Source of the DNA: a virus
Virus record (IMG/VR): IMGVR_UViG_3300045988_130225
Span: 35,703-99,702 of that record
DNA length: 64,000 nucleotides
Direction: 5' to 3' (one strand)
Part shown: positions 29,443 through 39,232 of the stretch, piece by piece
Layout: each line of letters starts with the position of its first letter
Numbering within the stretch: position 1 is the stretch's first letter
Translations under genes and position numbers: made by a program
Notes under the pieces: generated by a model
What the model saw: the letters and a program-made list of their open reading frames with translations, nothing else
The model's database searches: none
Told to the model about the DNA's origin: nothing

Positions 29443-30555
29443 TTAAACATTTAAAATTCTTAAACCCTCATTCAAAATATTAATAGAAGCATTATCATCT
29501 CTATTCAATTTTGAACCGCAGTTAGAACAAATCCAGTATCTAATCTCAACAGGCTTTTTACCACCATTAACACCACAACAATGACAAATTTGTGAAGAAG
29601 GAAAATATCTATTAATTACAGATAATATTTTTCCATACCAAATAGATTTATAAGTCAACATTCTACGAAATTCAGACCAAGAAACATCATTCACATGTTT
29701 ATTACGAACACTGGAATCTGTTTCCCTCATAGACTGTACATCTAAATCTTCAATACAAATAATATCATATTGTTTAACAATATTAGTAGTCAATTTCTGT
29801 AAAAAGTCTTTACGTTGATTAGATATATGTTTTTGTAAATTTGCGACTTTAATTCTTGCTTTATTCCAATTAGAACCACCGATTGCTTTTCTCGATAATT
29901 CTCTTTGTAACTTAGCAAGTTTCTTTTCTGACTTTTCATAAAATCTAGGATTTTTAATCTTAATACCGTCAGATAAGATTGCAAAATCTACAATCCCTAA
30001 ATCTATTCCAACATTTTTATTTGTTTTTGGATATTGTGGAAATTCTATATCAGTACAGCATAATGAACAATAGTAATGTCCGTTTGGTTCTTGTGATATA
30101 GTAGCGTTAAGTATTCTTCCTTGCGGAATTTGCTTATCACGAACTTTTACAAAACCTAATTTTGGAAGCCTGATATGCTTACTTTCAAATCTTATATTAT
30201 TAGTAGTACAACTTGTAGTATAAGATTGATGTCTATTTTTCTTAGATTTAAAATTAGGAAAACCAGTTTGCTTTTTAAAAAGTTTTTGATATGCATTATC
30301 TAAATTTTTCAAAGTTTTCTGTAAAGCATCTTTATCTGGTTCTTTAAGCCATTCATTTTCTTTCTTTAACTGAGTAAGCATTTTACTTGTGTCGTAATAG
30401 TTTAAAGTTTTCTTATTTTCTTTATACTCAGTTATTCTTTTGTCTAAGAAATAATTATAAACATATCTACAGCAACCAAAAGTTTTCTGTATTAATTCTT
30501 GCTGTTTCTTATTCGGATAAATTCTATACTTAAAAGCCTTTTCCAACAATATCAC
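29443..30555 (-). CDS. tnpB: TnpB RNA-guided nuclease
   Basis: 370 aa; VGIDLGIVDFA / IICIEDLDVQSM / NRDDNASINIL and zinc ribbon CHCCG..CSNCG. Confidence 0.9.
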   Translation of the reverse strand: MILLEKAFKYRIYPNKKQQELIQKTFGCCRYVYNYFLDKRITEYKENKKTLNYYDTSKMLTQLKKENEWLKEPDKDALQKTLKNLDNAYQKLFKKQTGFPNFKSKKNRHQSYTTSCTTNNIRFESKHIRLPKLGFVKVRDKQIPQGRILNATISQEPNGHYYCSLCCTDIEFPQYPKTNKNVGIDLGIVDFAILSDGIKIKNPRFYEKSEKKLAKLQRELSRKAIGGSNWNKARIKVANLQKHISNQRKDFLQKLTTNIVKQYDIICIEDLDVQSMRETDSSVRNKHVNDVSWSEFRRMLTYKSIWYGKILSVINRYFPSSQICHCCGVNGGKKPVEIRYWICSNCGSKLNRDDNASINILNEGLRILNV

Positions 30556-30572
30556 TTCCTTTCATAAATTAA

Positions 30573-30601
30573 CTTATAACATATTTATATATAAATGTCA
30601 A
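30573..30601 (-). promoter_or_regulatory. sigma70-type promoter inside the IStron, upstream of tnpB
   Basis: TTGACA (reverse complement of 30596-30601), 17 nt spacer, TATAAG (reverse complement of 30573-30578). Confidence 0.45.
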
Positions 30602-30639
30602 GTTAAATTATGAAAAGAATTACTTTAGTTTAAATAATA

Positions 30640-31111
30640 TATAAAAACCGTAAGTTACTTTAGTTACGTTTTGAGATTGTCGTTCACATAGGTTCGCTAC
30701 TCCTATGCAGTTCTCCAATGAACTTCTTGTACTTTCATACAAGCACAGACTATATCTTATCCCTCACCATTACGTGTTAGGGTCTACCCACTTCCACACG
30801 CTTGTGTGTACTTCCCTCAAGAGGAATAGTCGTTGAAGTTTTCCTTTCGGACTTACCTGCTAATTGCCTATTTTTCAGTGTTTAGGATTTAACCATGCAC
30901 CATTCATTCAATTTTTTCTACTTTCGTCACATTCACGCTTATACCCTTTAAGGTATTACGTTGTAGTTTGAATGACTTTAAGGTTTCCTAGCAATTCAAG
31001 TAGTATTGGATGCTAAAAGCATCGCTACGTGCAAGTTTCCCTACACGCTAACTATTTCGTAAAACGTTCGCTTACTCACGACTAAAGTTATGAATATGCG
31101 TTCACGATTTA
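30640..31111 (-). ncRNA. group I intron ribozyme portion
   Basis: GC-enriched and ORF-free; GGGATAAGATATAGTC core signature (reverse complement of 30748-30763), P8-like CTTGTATGAAAGTACAAG, and GACCCTAACACG resembling the Tetrahymena P7/P3 strand. Confidence 0.6.
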
Positions 31112-31956
31112 ATCAAATTCTTTACAGCAGAAACTACATACTTAAACCAGTCAGCTTCAATATTACAGAAATCCTTATATTTTTCCAAATCTTCACATTC
31201 ACAAGGTTCAGTGTTTTCGATTTCCCAAATCTGATGTTCAAGCATTTGTTCAGTTAAAGTCTTTTCTTTCTTCTGAGTAAAGTTATCAAGTTTTAAAGTT
31301 TTCATTAATTTTAAAACCATATCTTGTTCTTCTTTACCAGAATTACCCATGTCCACTTCTTTTTTATATCTTAATTCAGCAATACAAAGTTTACGATACA
31401 AACTCTCTTGTGCAGGTGTCAACTTAATATCATCAGTGTAGAATCCCCATCTATACTCAAGATAGGCATAATCTTCATCTGATTGCTCTCCCCAATCCAG
31501 AATTAAATCTTGTATATTTAATTTACGTTGTGTTTCTTCGTCATTGGAAGTCATAGAACTTCTATCTACATCTGTTTGTCCAAAACAATCCCATTTATCT
31601 GATTTTTTCTTTAAAGCTAAAAAAGTTACATAATACTGTCCCCAGTAGTTATATGTACTAGACAAAGTACCTTCTTCTTTTTCTTTTTCAACTTTTTCCA
31701 TCAGACCATCATATACTTTTTGTATAAACGGTATTCCTATCTCAGCACATGTTGACCATAAAGCTAATTTAATATCTCCATATTTACTGTAATAGTTTTG
31801 ATAAATCGTTTTACAACAAGTGGTACAATAAGGAACTACTTTATTTGCATGGTTTGGATTGTCAGATTTATAAAATTTCTTAATATCATAAGGTCTGTTG
31901 CAACGAATACAAAATGATTCTGTTATGGGTCTTTCTTTTCTTATAATGGTTGCCAT
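31102..31956 (-). CDS. terminase small-subunit-position protein (unspliced form)
   Basis: ORF 31102..31992; ATG at 31956 after a GAGGGAA RBS; N-terminal Cys4 zinc-ribbon motif; located upstream of terL. Confidence 0.4.
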   Translation of the reverse strand: MATIIRKERPITESFCIRCNRPYDIKKFYKSDNPNHANKVVPYCTTCCKTIYQNYYSKYGDIKLALWSTCAEIGIPFIQKVYDGLMEKVEKEKEEGTLSSTYNYWGQYYVTFLALKKKSDKWDCFGQTDVDRSSMTSNDEETQRKLNIQDLILDWGEQSDEDYAYLEYRWGFYTDDIKLTPAQESLYRKLCIAELRYKKEVDMGNSGKEEQDMVLKLMKTLKLDNFTQKKEKTLTEQMLEHQIWEIENTEPCECEDLEKYKDFCNIEADWFKYVVSAVKNLIKS

Positions 31957-31998
31957 AACATTCCCTCGTTTCCAACAAAAAAAGAAAGACAATATTAA

Positions 31999-32517
31999 TT
32001 ATTTGCCTTTCTTTTTCTCTACGAACTCGACATAATCTGGTTCAAGCATTTCAGCTAATCTTTTTTGCTTTCTTACTCTTTTTTGCTTTTCTATCATTAC
32101 TTCTCTTTGAAATTCTGGCTTTACAGCTTCTTTTATTTTAGCCGCAGATTTATTTTTTACTTTTAATGACGGTTCAAGGTTGTTTAAATATCCTTTGAGA
32201 TATTCAGAGGTTTTAAATCTAACCATGTACGTCAATGGTATCATAACATTATTTTTCTGTTTCGTCTGAATATTATATACTCTCTTGATTGCACCACCGC
32301 AAGTGGAAATCTTAAAAGTACCAATATTAGGAATATTGAAATAACCGTTATTTTTTATTTCATCTGCCATAATTTCAATAAAAGTTTTCATACATAACTT
32401 AGCCATTTCAGTTGTGAAACTTGGTTTAGTTTTCTTAACTGAAATGGCTATCAGTTCTGCGAGTTCGTTAGGGCTTAAAGACTTAACAATGACACCATCT
32501 TTATTAGGTCTTGCCAT
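31999..32517 (-). CDS. HU/IHF-fold DNA-binding protein with C-terminal basic extension
   Basis: 172 aa; ..IGTFKISTCGGAIKRVYNIQT..MIPLTYMVRFKTSEYLK.. HU-like beta-arm pattern. Confidence 0.5.
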   Translation of the reverse strand: MARPNKDGVIVKSLSPNELAELIAISVKKTKPSFTTEMAKLCMKTFIEIMADEIKNNGYFNIPNIGTFKISTCGGAIKRVYNIQTKQKNNVMIPLTYMVRFKTSEYLKGYLNNLEPSLKVKNKSAAKIKEAVKPEFQREVMIEKQKRVRKQKRLAEMLEPDYVEFVEKKKGK

Positions 32518-32537
32518 AACTTGTTACTCCTTTATGA

Positions 32538-32891
32538 TTACTCTACAAAAGGTGCGTCCTGTGTCTTTTCCTTAACGGTTTCTCTTAACTTCTTAGACAT
32601 CTTAAATACTGGTTTAGTATAATCTGGGGTTGCACTTAACTGTCCAACTTCGCCAGTAGCAGGATTGATAATACCAGTTCTTTCTGGTCTGCCCTTAATA
32701 GTGGTGAAATCAATCTTTCCAAAACCGTTCATATCAAACTTCTTACCAGAAGCAATGCAAGTAGCGGCAATCTCATAAAATGCAGTCAGAACAGCCTTTG
32801 TGTCCTTCTGAGTAGCCTGTGCCTTGTATGCTACCATCTTTACTAACTCTGCGGTGCTAACCTTAGATACCTTAATTGCTTTCTTTGCCAT
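32538..32891 (-). CDS. HU-like DNA-binding protein
   Basis: 117 aa; ..GFGKIDFTTIKGRPERTGINPATGE....KPVFKMSKKLRE.. canonical HU pattern. Confidence 0.75.
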   Translation of the reverse strand: MAKKAIKVSKVSTAELVKMVAYKAQATQKDTKAVLTAFYEIAATCIASGKKFDMNGFGKIDFTTIKGRPERTGIINPATGEVGQLSATPDYTKPVFKMSKKLRETVKEKTQDAPFVE

Positions 32892-33137
32892 AATAAATTA
32901 CCTCATTTCTTTCTTTTTATTCGTTTTATTCATTTTTATTTCTTAGGGGAATTGGTGAGTGCCTAAAAGGTCACTCCCATACCCCTTTGATTTTTTATTT
33001 TTGGACGTTCTCTATCCATTAATAGAAAACGATTTTGCTCTTTCAAAAAGTGATTTAATCTTCAATACTTTTTATACAAAATAATTTTATTTTTGAAAGT
33101 GCATATTTTGCACCCTTATTTCACCTTATTGAAAAAA

Positions 33138-33896
33138 TTAGACTGTTTTTGAACATTTTTTACAAACTGCAAATAAAGTGTTGTCAACCTTAATAAGTTT
33201 ACCGCATTTTGAACACATTGCATACCCCTCTTTGTAAGTCGCAATTAAAAGGTTTCCCAAATTTTCCATTTCACTGATTCTGAAAACTGGTTCCATTCCC
33301 TCATAATCTTCTAACATTTTTACTTTAATGTTCAAGTTATCGCAAGAGTTTGTAACCTCAACTAAACCTTTGTTTTTCAACTCACCAATCAGTTTCATGC
33401 GTTCAAAAACGGTACAAGCCACATTTGATAGTTCAAACCAATCACCAATGTCTTTTATGGTTTTAAGGTTCAACCAGCCGTTAGCCGCTTTATAATGAGC
33501 CATAACATATGCAGAAAACATCAACTTACGTTCTCGGTCTGTTTCGCCTTTGAATACTTGTGTCATATCCCATGCATAAACATCTATATACCGTATATGA
33601 CTTAAAGATTTAATAACACCATTTCTTAAATTATCATATACATTCATAATCATTTTACGCCATTTTTCATGCACATATTCTTTTTGATAAATTTTAGTCA
33701 TTGCGTTTCTTACCAAATCTTCTACATGATGTAACGCATAATCAAACTCTTTATCGGAATAATATTTAATCAGCCATAAGAGAAATTTAAAAAAACCTAT
33801 ATCTGGTTTAACAATTTCTTCTGTTTTATCAGAATAAATATTTATTAAAATATCTCTTACATACTGATTTTCATTAAGAATGATTTTGTTTTTCAT
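33138..33896 (-). CDS. hypothetical protein with C-terminal zinc ribbon
   Basis: 252 aa; CSKCG..CKKC at the C-terminus. Confidence 0.5.
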   Translation of the reverse strand: MKNKIILNENQYVRDILINIYSDKTEEIVKPDIGFFKFLLWLIKYYSDKEFDYALHHVEDLVRNAMTKIYQKEYVHEKWRKMIMNVYDNLRNGVIKSLSHIRYIDVYAWDMTQVFKGETDRERKLMFSAYVMAHYKAANGWLNLKTIKDIGDWFELSNVACTVFERMKLIGELKNKGLVEVTNSCDNLNIKVKMLEDYEGMEPVFRISEMENLGNLLIATYKEGYAMCSKCGKLIKVDNTLFAVCKKCSKTV

Positions 33897-33934
33897 ATCT
33901 TACACTCCTATTCTATTACATTTTAATTGTTTTG

Positions 33935-36430
33935 TCAACCATTTTCATGTAATTTCTTTAAATTTTCTATTATTAAATCACCGACAACAGCCCAACAAAA
34001 ATATTTATTCTTATTCTGTCCATAACATAAGTCAAGCATAATATTAACAAGTCTATCTTTGTTTGGACAAATTTCTTCTGCTCTTGCTCTAAATTCATGC
34101 TGTATGCTCATAACTCTTGTATTTGCTTCTTCCGTACTTAAATTTTTCTCAATCACAATTTTCTTAAACTGTTTAATACGTTTAATGTATTCTTTTTCAA
34201 GATTTTCAATATCTTCTCTTGTTTTAGGTGAACTTCTTTGAATAGGAGATTTAAGAAATTCATAATTAAAACCCTTGGATTTAAGTTCTACCACTCTGCC
34301 ATCAAATTCACTTTCCACATATCGGCAAATTCGGTTCATAGTAGAACCAGAAATGTTTACTGGCATTTTTATATCGTACCATTCTAAAAACTTTTGCTGT
34401 TCTTCTGTAAGATTTTTCTTTTCTTTTAATTCATTTACTTTACAACCATAAAGCATAACACATTTAAGGTCACAATTTTTTATATAACTATCATAATCTT
34501 TTTTTAAAGAAGAATAATTATAAATAAAATAATAAGGCTTTTTATCTGTTACGATTGCTTTATCTAAAGGTGTGGTACACAGCTTTGAAACGTACCAATA
34601 CTTAGGCATTTCCTTACAAATAACTCCCTTCAGTTTGTCCAGAGTTGACTGTTGATATAACTGTCCACACAAAATACGTTTTGATAATTCTTTATATTCA
34701 TTTGTATTTTCATTAAATAAAGCTAATTTATCTATTTGTGCCGATACTCTATTAGTGATTGTTCCAACTTCTGAGCCTAAGCCCATACGGTTACTTTTTC
34801 TAATATCGTTTCTTTTAACAATTCTTTTCTCTCCTTTACGTTGTACACAATCAATAGCATTTGTATATTTATAAGCACTTAAAAGTACGTTATTATTAGT
34901 AGAATATATAGAATCACTATCAAAATCGCTCCCGTTCAATGCCATACATATAGTGTCCCAATCATTTAGCACCATCATTGTATTAGAATATTTATACCAT
35001 TCTTGGCATTTTTTATCGTTATTTACTTTCATTTTCCTAATATTATTATGTGAAGTCATAGGAGAACGAAAACAAACTACCTCATTCACACCTTTATCTA
35101 TCCAATATTGTGAATATATTTCGTTAGCTTTAAGTAAACCAGTAACCTCTAATCCATATATACTCTGCATTAAAGCATAAGAATCACCCATAACTATCTG
35201 ATAATTCCCTTCAACTTTCAGTTTACCTATCTTAGCTTGATTAATCTTTTTCTTAATCATTTTATTGATTCTGTCAATCACATAAGGGTCATTCATCATT
35301 CTCTCATCTAAATATAAGGCTTGTGCATAATCTTTGGTTTTAGTTTTTTCACCAACACCCAAAAATTCTTTTGTTTTCTGGTAATCACCACCAAACGCCA
35401 TTTTCAGCCAATCAACAGTAGGTTTACATAATTCTACAATCTGTTCATCTGTCAATTCATAACTTTGCAAATACTGATAATTTGTTTCTCTTGTATCTTC
35501 CAACTTTTTAGGTGTTACTTTTGTAGCAGAAAACCTATAACCATTTTCATAATAACATTTGTGGTATTCTTCCCAACTAGAATAATTATCCCATAACTTA
35601 AGACTGGATTCAGTAATAATCATATCCACATCTCGAATATCTCTTTCAGTACCCCAAATATCTTTTACTTTATATCCCTTACCAACTTCCTCAGCAAATT
35701 TTATAATCTCAAAGACATTCAACATACCTTTCATATAAGCATTTCTTAAACAAATACCACTTGGCAAATAATCAAGACCTAATTTATCAGCAACTCTTTG
35801 CATATATTCTGGTGTACAAAGATTCATGCCGTCACTGCCGTTGTTTTCTAACTCTACACCAAATTTTTCCTCAACGATAGGTTCATCTGTTTCACTATCA
35901 TCAATCCTAACCACATCACCCTTAAATTTAGTGATACAATCTCGTACAACCAATACAGAGCGTGGTTCTGGTATCTCAACGGACGCTGAATAGGTCAGAG
36001 CAATATAAGCCTCTAATTTAGCCGGTATAGCCTTGTAATCTTTCTTCCTACCACAATCAGTCCTTTTAATTAACTCTGGTAAAATATCTTCTCTCACAAA
36101 CAATAAAGTATTATTTTTAAGACCACCAGTAGTTCCAACAACCCACAAAAACCTTTTACCATTTAAAATCACACCAGTTTTAGACGTAACTTTGTCATAG
36201 TCACTCATTGAGGAAATCTCCACAGCAAGCATTAAATCCGTCATATCTTGCTTGTATTGTTTGTTACCTATAATTGTAATTAAATCTATCAGTCGAAATG
36301 CTTGTGAATCAAATAAGTCAATCAATTCATCTAAACGAACCGCCAACTCTTTGGATAAAGTAATTTGCCAGTTGTTTATTCGGAAACGTTCAGATGAAAC
36401 TTTGAAAATCTTTCTACGTTTATTTTGCAT
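33935..36430 (-). CDS. YonO / RdRP-like single-subunit (two-barrel) RNA polymerase candidate
   Basis: 831 aa; VVCFRSPMTSHNNIRKMKV followed by NGSDFDSDS mirrors the R.P...gD and GxDxDGD motifs of cellular RdRPs and SPbeta YonO. Confidence 0.6.
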   Translation of the reverse strand: MQNKRRKIFKVSSERFRINNWQITLSKELAVRLDELIDLFDSQAFRLIDLITIIGNKQYKQDMTDLMLAVEISSMSDYDKVTSKTGVILNGKRFLWVVGTTGGLKNNTLLFVREDILPELIKRTDCGRKKDYKAIPAKLEAYIALTYSASVEIPEPRSVLVVRDCITKFKGDVVRIDDSETDEPIVEEKFGVELENNGSDGMNLCTPEYMQRVADKLGLDYLPSGICLRNAYMKGMLNVFEIIKFAEEVGKGYKVKDIWGTERDIRDVDMIITESSLKLWDNYSSWEEYHKCYYENGYRFSATKVTPKKLEDTRETNYQYLQSYELTDEQIVELCKPTVDWLKMAFGGDYQKTKEFLGVGEKTKTKDYAQALYLDERMMNDPYVIDRINKMIKKKINQAKIGKLKVEGNYQIVMGDSYALMQSIYGLEVTGLLKANEIYSQYWIDKGVNEVVCFRSPMTSHNNIRKMKVNNDKKCQEWYKYSNTMMVLNDWDTICMALNGSDFDSDSIYSTNNNVLLSAYKYTNAIDCVQRKGEKRIVKRNDIRKSNRMGLGSEVGTITNRVSAQIDKLALFNENTNEYKELSKRILCGQLYQQSTLDKLKGVICKEMPKYWYVSKLCTTPLDKAIVTDKKPYYFIYNYSSLKKDYDSYIKNCDLKCVMLYGCKVNELKEKKNLTEEQQKFLEWYDIKMPVNISGSTMNRICRYVESEFDGRVVELKSKGFNYEFLKSPIQRSSPKTREDIENLEKEYIKRIKQFKKIVIEKNLSTEEANTRVMSIQHEFRARAEEICPNKDRLVNIMLDLCYGQNKNKYFCWAVVGDLIIENLKKLHENG

Positions 36431-36449
36431 TTGTTGAACTCCTTTATAA

Positions 36450-37376
36450 TTAGTGTTTATAAATATAATCTAAATTAGAAATATCATTAGGATAATCATT
36501 ATTTTTAGCGTGTTCAATCATTTTATCACATTTAATATTCCTACGCTCTAACATACCTACAACTACAGAAGCCACAAAAGGTAATTCGTTTTTATCAATA
36601 TAAGTTGTAATATCACCATGCCCACGTTCTTCAATTCTAGCAAGTAAATCTATACCTTGACGATATAACAATTCTTTTTCAAACAATTCCCAAGTATATT
36701 CATATTTTTCATTCCAATTTGTAGGGTCTACATTTACACTATAACATTCTTCATCAGTAATTGCATTTTTTAGTCTTTCTATCAGAACAAGTAAAAATCT
36801 ATAAGTACACCATTCGTAACTTTTTAAATTAAGCAATCTTATAATAGTGTAACATTTTTCTATTTCTGTATTAGATTTTTCTAAATCTTTTTCTAATTTT
36901 TTTATTTGATTTTCTTTGTCAATATTTTCTATCTCTTTTTCTTTTAATAATTCATCTTTTTTAATTGGTGATACATCGCCGTTCTCACTACAAATATCAA
37001 GAAAAACTATTCTTTTTTTATTACATAAATCAGTAATACATCTTGCAACTTTTTCATATTTTTCTGTATCATTACTTACATTATAAATAAGACTATCATA
37101 ACTTACAATATTACAATAATTTTCACCTTTTATCTGTTGCATTGTCATAAGGTCAATAGATGTTTTAGATTTAACATAAGGTGCAATAATATTTATCCAA
37201 CAATCTTTTCTCATTTTTTTTCTTATGTCACCATTACTCTCTTTATATCCCATATAAACATTTTCGCAATATCTTCTTACCAAAGCATTGATTCTTTTAT
37301 TTCGTGCTTGTCTTGTTGCTTCTTTTATAGTTTTTACTTCAGAATTTTTAGTCTTAACATTTTTCCCAAATCCCAT
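36450..37376 (-). CDS. hypothetical early protein
   Basis: ORF 36450..37439; ATG at 37376 after an AAGGAGGA RBS. Confidence 0.5.
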   Translation of the reverse strand: MGFGKNVKTKNSEVKTIKEATRQARNKRINALVRRYCENVYMGYKESNGDIRKKMRKDCWINIIAPYVKSKTSIDLMTMQQIKGENYCNIVSYDSLIYNVSNDTEKYEKVARCITDLCNKKRIVFLDICSENGDVSPIKKDELLKEKEIENIDKENQIKKLEKDLEKSNTEIEKCYTIIRLLNLKSYEWCTYRFLLVLIERLKNAITDEECYSVNVDPTNWNEKYEYTWELFEKELLYRQGIDLLARIEERGHGDITTYIDKNELPFVASVVVGMLERRNIKCDKMIEHAKNNDYPNDISNLDYIYKH

Positions 37377-37429
37377 TATAATATCCTCCTTTATACTTTT
37401 ATTTATATTAATTATAATATTATATATAA

Positions 37430-37458
37430 TATATATCATTTTTTATTATAAAAGTCAA
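37430..37458 (-). promoter_or_regulatory. sigma70-type promoter of the minus-strand early operon
   Basis: TTGACT (reverse complement of 37453-37458), 17 nt spacer, TATATA (37430-37435). Confidence 0.5.
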
Positions 37459-37505
37459 TAGTATTTATTTAACTTTTATTAATAATATTTTAATGTATAA
37501 TATAC

Positions 37506-37536
<31 letters not shown>

Positions 37537-37567
37537 GTCTATTATAAAGTAAAGAATTAGCAATCTT

Positions 37568-37800
37568 TGATGCCGTAATTAACAACACACGCTATGGCTA
37601 TAATTTGAAAAAAGGCTACCCTCAAGGGTAGACTTTTGAAAATTTGTGCCATGTGTTGTTGATTACGGTATCAAACAAGCGGGGAAGAATGTAGAAATAA
37701 CATGGTGCGAAACCCTTGGGTTGAGCATGCTACCATGTTATTTATATATTCTGGGGTGCAACGCCCAGAGACGGGGTGTGGGTGTCCTCAACCCCACCAT
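37568..37800. other. GC-rich nested-helix element in the divergent control region (strand unknown)
   Basis: 21-22 nt arms 37568-37589 / 37652-37673 (19/21 complementary) enclose a terminator-like hairpin; then a 12 bp helix AAATAACATGGT/ACCATGTTATTT, CTGGG/CCCAG and GGGGT/ACCCC stems. Confidence 0.4.
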
Positions 37801-37860
37801 AATAATATTCATTACTAATTTTATATTTATATTAATATTATATAATATATATTATACCCC

Positions 37861-37889
37861 TTGACATATTCTATATTATATGATATAAT
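37861..37889 (+). promoter_or_regulatory. consensus sigma70 promoter of the plus-strand arm
   Basis: TTGACA, 17 nt spacer, TATAAT. Confidence 0.6.
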
Positions 37890-38073
37890 CGGAGTATGAA
37901 GTTGATTAATAGTAATAGAAAGTATAAGAGTTTTTGAATTTTTGTACTATCAAATGTATCTAATAAGGTGTTCTCTATATCTGATACATTTACTAGTACA
38001 AAAAATTAAAAACTATATAATTTTTATTGAGTTTGCTTACATTTTAAAAAATACCAAAAAAGGAGAAATGATT

Positions 38074-39087
38074 ATGGAATTAGAATTTAACAAACCCTAT
38101 AAATACAAAGATTTATGTAATTTTTTTAATTTAGAGCCAAAAACAGGAACAACTAAAATTTACCAAATTAAAAGATTACAAAAAGAATACGAAATTGAAA
38201 AATTAGGAACAAACTATGTTTTTATTAAAAAATATACAAAAGAAGAAATAGAATTAGCTGAACAAACAGAAAAATTAAAAGGTGTTTATCAATCTTATGT
38301 AGAATCTATTCTTACTGAATTAATCGCAAGACAGAATAACGGTATTCTTAGAATGTCTACTACAGAATTATTAAGAGAAGTAGGTTTTATAAATGAAGAT
38401 TTTAGCTACTGTAAATATAATAGTTACTTTTCTTCTTTAATTCTTAAAACAGATGAAATAGATTTACATGAATATACAGAAATTGTATATAAACAGTTAT
38501 CTCATTTATTAAGAACCATTATCCAAAATTTACATGATAAGCATTATCTTATTAGTAGACAATGTTTTAGATTATTAAAAGTTGTCAATACTAGAATGAA
38601 TGGAACTAAAATTCAATCACAATATGAGGTTCCTATTGAAACAAAAGAAGAACAAGATATTTTAAAGATTTATCTTCGTACGGCACGTTCTTTAGGGTAT
38701 AATGACGTTAAAGAATTATATGTTAAATTTAAAGATGTAGAAAAATTTAAAGATTTAGTAGGTAAAGAAATTAATAAAATTTATCCAGAGTATAATGCTG
38801 TATGCAAAGTATATAGTTTAAGTAGCGATAGAATGACAGCTTTAGATAATAGTACAAAGATTAAGAATGAACTTACTCAAAAGATTAGAAAAAAGATTGA
38901 GGGTTCAAAAGCAACTATCGGCATGGAAGATTTAGCATTATATGTTGAAGCTACAATAGACCCAAAAAGAATCTATCAGATTAAAGAGAAATTTTCTAAA
39001 TATGGTCATTTACTTAGAGAAAACCCAGAATTATTAAGACAGACTTTATTTAAAGAAAATGAAGATATTATGTTTTTCCATAATTAA
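38074..39087 (+). CDS. hypothetical early protein, paralog A
   Basis: ORF 37942..39087; ATG at 38074 lies 7 nt after AGGAGA; collinear similarity to 39900..40835. Confidence 0.6.
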   Translation: MELEFNKPYKYKDLCNFFNLEPKTGTTKIYQIKRLQKEYEIEKLGTNYVFIKKYTKEEIELAEQTEKLKGVYQSYVESILTELIARQNNGILRMSTTELLREVGFINEDFSYCKYNSYFSSLILKTDEIDLHEYTEIVYKQLSHLLRTIIQNLHDKHYLISRQCFRLLKVVNTRMNGTKIQSQYEVPIETKEEQDILKIYLRTARSLGYNDVKELYVKFKDVEKFKDLVGKEINKIYPEYNAVCKVYSLSSDRMTALDNSTKIKNELTQKIRKKIEGSKATIGMEDLALYVEATIDPKRIYQIKEKFSKYGHLLRENPELLRQTLFKENEDIMFFHN

Positions 39088-39093
39088 AAATTA

Positions 39094-39121
39094 AGAGCGT
39101 CCAAACGGACGTTCTTTTTTA
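39094..39121 (+). terminator. intrinsic terminator
   Basis: AGAGCGTCC-AAAC-GGACGTTCT followed by TTTTTT. Confidence 0.7.
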
Positions 39122-39170
39122 TTGCTTATTTCCACTAATATATTTATTACAAAATATTTTAAAATTACCC

Positions 39171-39199
39171 TTGACTTATATGTTTTCTTATGCTATTGT
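39171..39199 (+). promoter_or_regulatory. sigma70-type promoter
   Basis: TTGACT, 17 nt spacer, TATTGT. Confidence 0.4.
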
Positions 39200-39232
39200 A
39201 TAAGTATCACATACAGAAAGGTGGTATAACAA

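Larger units (their letters stand above)
29340..31111 (-). mobile_element. IStron: group I intron fused to a TnpB-only IS605-type element (element 2)
   Basis: Starts right after TTGAT (31116-31112), ends with G (29340); contains a ribozyme-like 5' part, an internal promoter, tnpB and an omega-RNA-like 3' end. Confidence 0.65.

Noticed and set aside
32945-33010. Plus-strand terminator-like hairpin (GGGG..GTGAGTGCC/GGTCACTCC..CCCC followed by TTGATTTTTTATTTTT) upstream of the HU-like gene
   Set aside because: No plus-strand gene lies upstream, so a terminator role is unsupported. It may instead be a 5'-UTR structure of the minus-strand HU-like mRNA or an antisense-transcription block. The evidence is too weak to call.
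37646-37864. 72 aa plus-strand ORF in the divergent control region
   Set aside because: It has no RBS, lies upstream of the plus-strand promoter, and its coding potential coincides with the helices of the GC-rich structured element and an AT-repeat tail.
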